A stretch of DNA of 32,927 nucleotides from Candidatus Poseidoniales archaeon (GTDB taxonomy: Archaea; Thermoplasmatota; Poseidoniia; MGIII; CG-Epi1): positions 1 through 32,927 of the forward strand of contig JBJLCC010000022.1 in the NCBI GenBank assembly GCA_045567855.1. Direction: 5' to 3'. A program made the position numbers and the translations under genes. This document shows positions 26,295-32,927 of this stretch, one piece after another. Position 1 is the first letter of the stretch, and each line of letters begins with the position of its first letter. Under the pieces are notes generated by a model. The model worked only from the letters and a program-made list of their open reading frames with translations. It did not search any database and was not told the DNA's origin.

Positions 26295-27424
26295 ATCTCT
26301 GTAATTATTGATGTGTAAAAAATATAATTAACATAAAGTATCCAATCATTTCCTTGATCTACTTCATTAAATAATTCAGGAACTATTGATGGTGCATCGT
26401 TGCACGTAATAGATGTAACCCAAGTACCTTGACCTTTTGCACTAGTAAAACCATTTTGGAATAAATACTGCCTCACTTCAGCTTCTGAACCTGAAGACAA
26501 TACCAAATCTTCAGGAATAGATGAAAGAACATCAAAATCAAGATCAAGATTACCTGAAGTTCCATTTTCTGTTAAATTAAAAAGATAGTTAGTTGAAACA
26601 CCAAGTGAAAAATCATCTGGAAATAAAGTCCCAACGACGGGATTTTCCGAAGAATCTAAATCTTCATCTTCTTCCCACTCTAAATCATAGGTAACTGAAG
26701 TAAGATTGTAAGGATAATCATGATTTTGTGTAGTAGTTGCTCCTTCTGCAGTGTAACCTGCAAACGCTGGAAATGTAATCTCGTTTTGAACAAAATCCAC
26801 TGTATAAGTTCTTATATTCACTAAAACCCAAGTCTCCGCTGTGCTTGATTCATTACTTGAATCCCTCACTGTTAAAGTTACTGTAAAATTTCCTATTGAA
26901 TTATATTGGTGATTTGGACGCAGTAATGAAGAAGTTGAACCATCTCCAAAGTCCCATTCAAATTCTAATACATCACCGTCAGGGTCACTCGAAGCTCCAG
27001 CATCGAAAAATGCTATACTGTTAACTTTAACTTGTTGTCCAAAACCCCCGTAGGTCGCATCTAAACTCGCAGTCGGCGCTTGATTTCTGTAGACTATATC
27101 TACTTCTTTTTTAGAAACGCCTATTCTATTTTCATCATCAACTACGGTCAAAGTTACGGTATAGGTGCCTTCATCTGCATAAGTATGTTCGACTGTCTTG
27201 CCCGAGCTACCACTATCATCTCCGAAATCCCAGAGAAATTTAGCTCCCTTAGGATTATTTCCTGAAGCCATAAATTGAATTGTATCGCCCTCAATAAATG
27301 ACTCTGCTAGAATTGAAATCTCTACGCCATCTAAAGATTCTGGAGTACTATCTAGACAACCCGGAATTAGCATCATCGCTGCAATAAGCCATATTTTGCG
27401 CACAGTATGGTAAAAACTGCTCAT
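26291..27424 (-). CDS. Putative lipoprotein with two PKD domains
   Basis: Lipobox-like IPG-C; two WDFGD..H.Y...G.(Y/F)TVTLTV motifs. Confidence 0.85.
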   Translation of the reverse strand: MSSFYHTVRKIWLIAAMMLIPGCLDSTPESLDGVEISILAESFIEGDTIQFMASGNNPKGAKFLWDFGDDSGSSGKTVEHTYADEGTYTVTLTVVDDENRIGVSKKEVDIVYRNQAPTASLDATYGGFGQQVKVNSIAFFDAGASSDPDGDVLEFEWDFGDGSTSSLLRPNHQYNSIGNFTVTLTVRDSSNESSTAETWVLVNIRTYTVDFVQNEITFPAFAGYTAEGATTTQNHDYPYNLTSVTYDLEWEEDEDLDSSENPVVGTLFPDDFSLGVSTNYLFNLTENGTSGNLDLDFDVLSSIPEDLVLSSGSEAEVRQYLFQNGFTSAKGQGTWVTSITCNDAPSIVPELFNEVDQGNDWILYVNYIFYTSIITEI

Positions 27425-27491
27425 TTAATAATTAAGCCACCTACCGATACTCTTTATTAGAGCGTGAAACGGTGGCATGTAGGTATTTTTA

Positions 27492-28205
27492 ATGCAAGCA
27501 GGACACATGGCATATGACCGAGCAATAACTGTATTTTCTCCAGACGGGAGATTATTTCAAGTTGAATACGCAAGGGAAGCAGTAAAGAGAGGAACTACCA
27601 CCGTTGGAGTGAAATTCAAAAACGGTGTTGTATTAATAGTAGACAAGAGATTGAGCTCTAAATTAATAGAAGCAGACAGTATTGAAAAAATATTCAAAAT
27701 AGATGGACATGTGGGTTGTGCAACCTCAGGTTTAGTTGCTGATGCAAGAGCATTAGTTGATAAGGCCCGAGTAGAATGTCAAGTCAACACATTTAATTAT
27801 GACGAAGAGTTAGCAGTTGCTTCTCTAGTAAAAAAGTTGTGTGACTTTAAACAAAGCTACACTCAATATGGAGGAGTGAGACCATTCGGTACGGCAATGC
27901 TAATTGCCGGAATAGATGCATCAGGACCTCACCTCTACGAAACTGACCCTTCAGGTGCAATGATGGCGTACAAAGCCGGAGGTATTGGCGCAGGAAGAAA
28001 TGAAGTAATGGAAGTCTTCGAAAAAGATTACAAAGATAATATGACTGAAAAACAAGCTATCAATCTAGGATTGAAAGCCCTTTCGGCAGCTAATGATAAC
28101 AATCTGAAAGCTGAAGTCATTGAAATAGCAGTTATAAGTACAGAGAGAGAATTTGGAACATTAGACCCTAAAGTAGTCAGTGGAGAAATTAAAAAAATTA
28201 AGTAA
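27492..28205 (+). CDS. psmA: Proteasome alpha subunit
   Basis: [27 protein letters not shown] signature. Confidence 0.98.
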   Translation: MQAGHMAYDRAITVFSPDGRLFQVEYAREAVKRGTTTVGVKFKNGVVLIVDKRLSSKLIEADSIEKIFKIDGHVGCATSGLVADARALVDKARVECQVNTFNYDEELAVASLVKKLCDFKQSYTQYGGVRPFGTAMLIAGIDASGPHLYETDPSGAMMAYKAGGIGAGRNEVMEVFEKDYKDNMTEKQAINLGLKALSAANDNNLKAEVIEIAVISTEREFGTLDPKVVSGEIKKIK

Positions 28206-28897
28206 TGGTATCTCTTGAAGATGCTGTAATCGCCAGACTTGAAGCTGGTGGGCATCGCTTCGAAATACTAATAGATCCTAATGAGGCTCAAGCTTTCAAA
28301 GAGGGTGAAAAAATTGATTGGGAAGACAGCATTGCTGTAGATGGAATATGGTCCGACAGTGCAAAGGGTGAGAGATCTCCAGAAAATATTTTAGATGATT
28401 TTTTCGAGTCATCTGATTTGATTGATATCTACAAAAAAATATTAACTGAAGGAACTATTCAACTGACTTCTGAACAGAAAAAGGAGATGGTTGATAACAA
28501 GAGGAAGCAGATCTTATCACACATTGTTGCTAATGCCATGAACCCACAAACGGGAGGTGCGCATCCTCCGCAAAGAATTGAAAATGCAATAATTGAAGCA
28601 AAATATAACTTTGATCCAATTAGAAGTGTTGAGAAACAAGTCGAAGACATTGTAAGAAAAATAAGGCCATTAATTCCTATATCCTTTGAAAAAGTTAAAG
28701 CTGCAGTCAAAATTCCAGCAATATATGTTGGGAAATGCTATGGTCAGATGTCTGGACTGGGTGCTATTGAAAATGAGGAATACCAAAGCGACGGAAGCTG
28801 GATAGGAATTATTAAGATGTCAGCAGCTTCGTATAATGAACTTGAAAATTTATTAGGATCTACCACAAAAGGTACTGCTGAATTAAAAATAATTTAG
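28205..28897 (+). CDS. Ribosome maturation factor SBDS/Sdo1
   Basis: ARLEAGGHRFEILIDP and NPQTGGAHPPQRIENA motifs; canonical position after psmA. Confidence 0.95.
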   Translation: MVSLEDAVIARLEAGGHRFEILIDPNEAQAFKEGEKIDWEDSIAVDGIWSDSAKGERSPENILDDFFESSDLIDIYKKILTEGTIQLTSEQKKEMVDNKRKQILSHIVANAMNPQTGGAHPPQRIENAIIEAKYNFDPIRSVEKQVEDIVRKIRPLIPISFEKVKAAVKIPAIYVGKCYGQMSGLGAIENEEYQSDGSWIGIIKMSAASYNELENLLGSTTKGTAELKII

Positions 28898-28957
28898 AAA
28901 CAAATCTTCATATAGGGGTAAGTTTGGAAAGGAATGTTATAATTGAAAAAATAATGG

Positions 28958-29650
28958 ATGATTCATATGAGCGAAGAATCAAAAAATAATAAAATAAAAG
29001 AGAATTCTAAAGGATTTGTACTTCCTGGCGATTTACTAGAAACAAAAAGTAAGCCAGGCAAGGGAATTTTTAGAAAAGATGGACGAGTATATTCCTCAGT
29101 AGTAGGTTACTCAAATGATAGAAGCGGATACATGAATGTTAACGCAATTAAAGGCAGATACAATCCAAAAGTTGGTGACAAAATAGTTGCAATATGTGCT
29201 GAAACTGGACCTTCTGTTTGGAGAATGGATATTGGTGCTGCATTTAATTCAACTCTTCATCATAGTGAATCGGGATGGAAAGTACCATTCGGAGATACTG
29301 CACGTTTCTTAGCAATAGGTGATACTGTATGGGCCGAAATTTTCATGGTAGATGCAGGCGGTTCACATCAAATAAGTTTAAAGAAAGATGATTGCAGAAA
29401 GTTATACTCTGGAACGGTAGTTCAAGTCGAACCTACTGCAGTTCCAAGAGTTATTGGTAAGCAGGGATCTATGATTACTGCTATCCGTGAGAAAACAAAT
29501 ACTCGAATTCAAATAGGGCAAAACGGATTTATTTGGATTGATGGTAAGGGGGAAGACATTTCTAAGGCGCAAAAAGCTATGGAAATAATAGATAGAGAAA
29601 CTTCCTCAGAAGGTTTAACTAAAAAAATAGAAAAATTATTGGAGAAATAA
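28958..29650 (+). CDS. rrp4: Exosome RNA-binding cap subunit Rrp4
   Basis: VLPGDLL N-domain, S1 domain (YNPKVGDKI) and KH domain (PRVIGKQGSMI). The start may be 28967. Confidence 0.93.
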   Translation: MIHMSEESKNNKIKENSKGFVLPGDLLETKSKPGKGIFRKDGRVYSSVVGYSNDRSGYMNVNAIKGRYNPKVGDKIVAICAETGPSVWRMDIGAAFNSTLHHSESGWKVPFGDTARFLAIGDTVWAEIFMVDAGGSHQISLKKDDCRKLYSGTVVQVEPTAVPRVIGKQGSMITAIREKTNTRIQIGQNGFIWIDGKGEDISKAQKAMEIIDRETSSEGLTKKIEKLLEK

Positions 29651-29651
29651 A

Positions 29652-30374
29652 ATGGCTGGCCAAACAGATATGGAATTGATTAAAAACGGAGTCCGTCTAG
29701 ACGGAAGAAAACCAGATGAACTAAGAGAAGTAAAAATCACTGCAGGTGTTTTAGATAATGCAGATGGTTCTTGTTATCTTGAATGGGGTAATAACAAAGT
29801 TTATGCAGGTGTATTTGGACCTATGGAATGTCATCCTAGGCATAAACAGAAAGCTGACAGAGCTATTGTTCAAGCAAGGTATACTATGGCTCCTTTCAGT
29901 GTTAATGATAGAAAAAGACCAGGTTTAGACCGAAGATCGAGTGAGATTTCTTACATTGCTTCACAAGCTTTTGAAAAAGTAGTTATGGTGGAAGAATTTC
30001 CTAAAGCATCTATACGCGTAGACATGCAAGTCGTAGAAGCTCATGCTGGTACTCGGTGTGCTGCAATAACTGCAGCATCTGTTGCTTTAGCTGATGCAGG
30101 CATACCTATGAGAGATATGATTCCAGCTTGTGCTTCAGGAAAAGTTAATGATATAGTTGTACTTGATTTAAACAAAGAGGAAGACAATTATGGACAAGCT
30201 GATTTGCCTTTAGCTATAATTCCAAGCACAGGTGAAGTTGTTTTACTGCAATTGGATGGACACCTGAGTCCTGAACAATTTGAAGAAGCTATGGATTTAG
30301 CAACTAGCGGATGTATGGATTTATACAAAATAATGAGGGATGCACTAGACAAAAGCTACGGAGGTAAGAAATGA
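29652..30374 (+). CDS. rrp41: Exosome catalytic subunit Rrp41
   Basis: RLDGRKPDELR, GTRCA and DLNKEEDNYGQAD (catalytic Asp motif). Confidence 0.96.
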   Translation: MAGQTDMELIKNGVRLDGRKPDELREVKITAGVLDNADGSCYLEWGNNKVYAGVFGPMECHPRHKQKADRAIVQARYTMAPFSVNDRKRPGLDRRSSEISYIASQAFEKVVMVEEFPKASIRVDMQVVEAHAGTRCAAITAASVALADAGIPMRDMIPACASGKVNDIVVLDLNKEEDNYGQADLPLAIIPSTGEVVLLQLDGHLSPEQFEEAMDLATSGCMDLYKIMRDALDKSYGGKK

Positions 30375-31153
30375 GTAATGATAGTGTTTCAAACCTAATG
30401 AAAGGACATATGGAGTCTCTGGCTGCTGAGGGTAAAAGAGCCGACGGAAGAAGTATAAATGAATTTAGAAATGTTAATATCGAAACTGGTATGATTAATA
30501 CTGCAGAAGGTTCTGCGCTAGTACATCTAGGAAAAACCAAAGTCCTTTGTGGGATAAAGTTGTTGATTGGAACTCCTTATGGAGATTCTCCAGGAAGTGG
30601 AACTATGACTACTACTGCAGAATTAGCACCACTAGCTGACCAATCTTTTGACCCAGGTCCGCCTCGTGAAGCATCTATTGAATTAGCAAGAGTTGTTGAT
30701 AGAGGTATCAGGGAATCAAGAATGATAGATTTCGATGCGCTATGTATAGAGCATGGAGAAAAGGTTTGGATGGTTTTCATTGATTTGTATATTTTAGACA
30801 ATAATGGAAATTTATTTGATTGTTGTACTTTAGCTGCAGCTGCTGCATTAGCCAATGCAAAAATACCGAATGTTCAACATGGTGTTGCTGAAGAAGATGT
30901 TGATTTACCAGTAACATGCTGGCCAATTTCATGCACTTTCGGAAAACTAGGCGATAAAGTTATCTTAGATCCTACCTCAGACGAAGAAGCTGTTATGAGT
31001 GCAAGATTTACAGTAGCTCATGATGAAAATGGAAATTTACGGGCTGCTCAAAAAGGAATGAATGGTGCATTTACTGATGCTGAAGTTAGAGAAGCTGTGA
31101 AAACTGCAAGAAAGAGCGATAATGTTTTACGTGAGGCTCTAAAAGGTATATAG
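30371..31153 (+). CDS. rrp42: Exosome subunit Rrp42
   Basis: RADGRSINEFR, ELARVVDRGIRE and DNNGNLFD motifs. Confidence 0.96.
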   Translation: MSNDSVSNLMKGHMESLAAEGKRADGRSINEFRNVNIETGMINTAEGSALVHLGKTKVLCGIKLLIGTPYGDSPGSGTMTTTAELAPLADQSFDPGPPREASIELARVVDRGIRESRMIDFDALCIEHGEKVWMVFIDLYILDNNGNLFDCCTLAAAAALANAKIPNVQHGVAEEDVDLPVTCWPISCTFGKLGDKVILDPTSDEEAVMSARFTVAHDENGNLRAAQKGMNGAFTDAEVREAVKTARKSDNVLREALKGI

Positions 31154-31381
31154 ATGAGTCAGCGTACAAGAAAGGTTGGAAGCACGGGTAGATTTGGACC
31201 TAGATATGGCGTTTCTGTACGAAGACGCTTAGGTGCTGTCGAAAAGAAACAAAAACAGAAATTTGAATGTCCATCTTGTGCTAAACCAAATGTAAAAAGA
31301 GTCTCAACTGGAATTTACAAGTGTAGTAGTTGTGATTACCAATTTGCTAGTGGTGCATATTATCCAACGAGGGACGACTAA
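31154..31381 (+). CDS. rpl37ae: 50S ribosomal protein L37Ae (eL43)
   Basis: GRFGPRYG motif and a CPSC...CSSC zinc finger. Confidence 0.96.
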   Translation: MSQRTRKVGSTGRFGPRYGVSVRRRLGAVEKKQKQKFECPSCAKPNVKRVSTGIYKCSSCDYQFASGAYYPTRDD

Positions 31382-31521
31382 TGGTTAATTACAAGTGTGC
31401 CTCTTGTGGCACTAGATTAGATATGGACCTGGAAGTCCTTGGTCTTACCTGCCGTGTTTGCGGTGAAAAAATTTTCTATAAAATAAGACCATCCACTAAG
31501 AAAACAGTTGTTTCTGATTAA
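31381..31521 (+). CDS. rpoP: DNA-directed RNA polymerase subunit P (Rpo12); absent from the ORF track
   Basis: Hand translation gives MVNYKCASCGTRLDMDLEVLGLTCRVCGEKIFYKIRPSTKKTVVSD* (46 aa) with a C4 zinc ribbon; TAATG overlaps on both sides. Confidence 0.92.
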   Translation: MVNYKCASCGTRLDMDLEVLGLTCRVCGEKIFYKIRPSTKKTVVSD

Positions 31522-31748
31522 TGAAAGCTCAAGTTAGCTTGAAAATGGGAACTAATTCCAAACATATAGCAAGAGCCTTAATGGATGAGGCAAAAGATAA
31601 ACTTCCAAAAGTAGATGTTGAAGTTATTCCAGCAGGCGAAAAAGTGAAAATCGAAATAGAAGCTGAAGATTTTACTAGTTTAAGAGCGGCACTAAATTCT
31701 TTTTTAGGATGGGCATATTGTGCAGAAGGAGTTTTAGATAATGGATAA
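31521..31748 (+). CDS. pcc1: KEOPS complex subunit Pcc1
   Basis: 75 aa with IEIEAEDFTSLRAALNSFLGW; canonical position before prefoldin beta. Confidence 0.88.
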   Translation: MKAQVSLKMGTNSKHIARALMDEAKDKLPKVDVEVIPAGEKVKIEIEAEDFTSLRAALNSFLGWAYCAEGVLDNG

Positions 31749-32121
31749 AATAACTGAAGAAAATATTCAAGAGAAAATAAACCTCTTCCAACAGATGCAA
31801 CAACAAGCCCAAACTCTAACCCAACAAACATCTCAAATTGAAATGTCTGTTAATGAAATTGAAAGAACTATTAACGAAATTAATGATACAAATGATAAAA
31901 GTACATTGTACAGAGCCATTGGATCTATTATGCAGAAAGTTGATAACGTTAAACAACTAAAAAATGAACTAGAGGATGAAAAAGAAACTCTTGAAATAAG
32001 AAATAAAAGCCTAAAAGGCCAAGTAGAAAGTCTAAATGTTCAAATTAATGAGATGCAAAGTAAGCTAACTCCTATTGTTCAAAGCCTACAGGAAAATAAA
32101 ATTCAAGATGCTACTCAATGA
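31741..32121 (+). CDS. pfdB: Prefoldin beta subunit
   Basis: Coiled coil, beta hairpin (LYRAIGSIM), coiled coil. Confidence 0.92.
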   Translation: MDKITEENIQEKINLFQQMQQQAQTLTQQTSQIEMSVNEIERTINEINDTNDKSTLYRAIGSIMQKVDNVKQLKNELEDEKETLEIRNKSLKGQVESLNVQINEMQSKLTPIVQSLQENKIQDATQ

Positions 32122-32926
32122 TTCTTCAAAAAAATTATTTGAAAAAAAATTATTATTATTAATTCATCATCACGCCGATGTTGACGCCGTAGCTTCCGCT
32201 ATAGCATTACAAACTGTGTTCGAAGATGCTATAATTTGTGCCCCAGATAAGGTCAGTTCTCACGGCCAAAAAATAGCAGAATTTAATGAAATTGATATTC
32301 TTATGGAGTCTCCTAAAAAATGGGAAGGGACAGTAATTGCCTTGGACAGTCCAAACCCTGAACATTGTAGTCCTGTCCCTAAATCTCAAAATATAATTGT
32401 AATTGATCACCATACCAAAATTGAAGGATGGCCGGAAGGAACGAAAATAATCCATCAGCCAAATAAGACCAGTACTGCAGAAATTATTATACAAATAATT
32501 GATGAATTAGGTTTAGTAATTAACAAAAAATGTGCAAATGTATTACTTGCTGCGATTTACACTGATACTGGTCAATTCAGACATGCAAACAACGAAACAT
32601 TTAGTTCAGCAAGTATATTGTGTGATAATGGAGCTGAACCACAAGAAGTCATTAACTTATTAGATAGTGAAAGGCCACTAATTCAAAAAATTACATTTCT
32701 GAAAGCAGCCCAAAATATGAAATGGATTCAGCATGGAAAGTGGATTATTGCAACCAGTGTCGTCGGATCTTTTGAATCTGGTAGTGCAAGACACATGATA
32801 GTTTTGGGTGCTGATATTGCTATAGTTGGATCTAGTAAGAAAAATGGTGAAATGCGCCTTTCTACACGGGCGTCAAATCGAATAGTTTCCAAAGGTTTTA
32901 ATTTAACTAAAATACTAGAAAAAATA
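32108..32926 (+). CDS. DHH family phosphoesterase, 3' end outside the window; absent from the ORF track
   Basis: Hand translation gives MLLNDSSKKLFEKKLLLLIHHHADVDAVASA...LDSPNPEH...VIDHHT...IYTDTGQF, open to the window end. Confidence 0.9.
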   Translation, partial: MLLNDSSKKLFEKKLLLLIHHHADVDAVASAIALQTVFEDAIICAPDKVSSHGQKIAEFNEIDILMESPKKWEGTVIALDSPNPEHCSPVPKSQNIIVIDHHTKIEGWPEGTKIIHQPNKTSTAEIIIQIIDELGLVINKKCANVLLAAIYTDTGQFRHANNETFSSASILCDNGAEPQEVINLLDSERPLIQKITFLKAAQNMKWIQHGKWIIATSVVGSFESGSARHMIVLGADIAIVGSSKKNGEMRLSTRASNRIVSKGFNLTKILEKI

Positions 32927-32927
32927 T

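Noticed and set aside
31529-31831. 100-aa minus-strand ORF
   Set aside because: It is antisense to pcc1 and pfdB in a conserved operon.
32118-32165. Possible frameshift in the A-runs and TTA repeats at the DHH gene start
   Set aside because: The frame from the ATG at 32108 is open through the A7/A8 runs, so no slippage is needed.
32207-32494. 95-aa minus-strand ORF near the window end
   Set aside because: It is antisense to the DHH phosphoesterase, which carries clear catalytic motifs.
1-32927. tRNA, rRNA, C/D sRNA, IS elements, integrases
   Set aside because: Intergenic gaps are mostly under 160 nt, and I saw no cloverleaf, paired box C/D, terminal inverted repeat or recombinase motif by eye. 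A covariance-model scan was not run.

Overview
AT-rich, very compact archaeal chromosomal segment. Gene content and surface-protein style suggest Thermoplasmatota, most plausibly a marine Group III- or Group II-like lineage; this taxonomy is inference. From 453 to the end it is ordinary streamlined genome: trkH(5' part)/trkA, DUF368, nop5, two large Ig-repeat surface proteins, gatE-glmU-like-GT4, two TPR proteins, a histidine ammonia-lyase-family gene with an Ala-Cys-Gly (not Ala-Ser-Gly) MIO triad, a class III aminotransferase, toprim, ABC ATPase, mptE, WD40-TPR, a PKD lipoprotein, and the exosome/proteasome superoperon (psmA, SBDS, rrp4, rrp41, rrp42, rpl37ae, rpoP, pcc1, pfdB, DHH phosphoesterase running off the end). 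The striking anomaly is bases 1-452. This is a seamless concatemer of at least five unrelated gene-internal fragments (about 64-120 nt, orientation - + - + -) that replaces the 3' part of trkH. One fragment is a 77%-identical, mostly synonymously diverged copy of part of the mptE gene located 20 kb away. It is either a gene-fragment capture array or a library/amplification chimera, and only reads can decide. I saw no rRNA, tRNA, CRISPR array or transposase.
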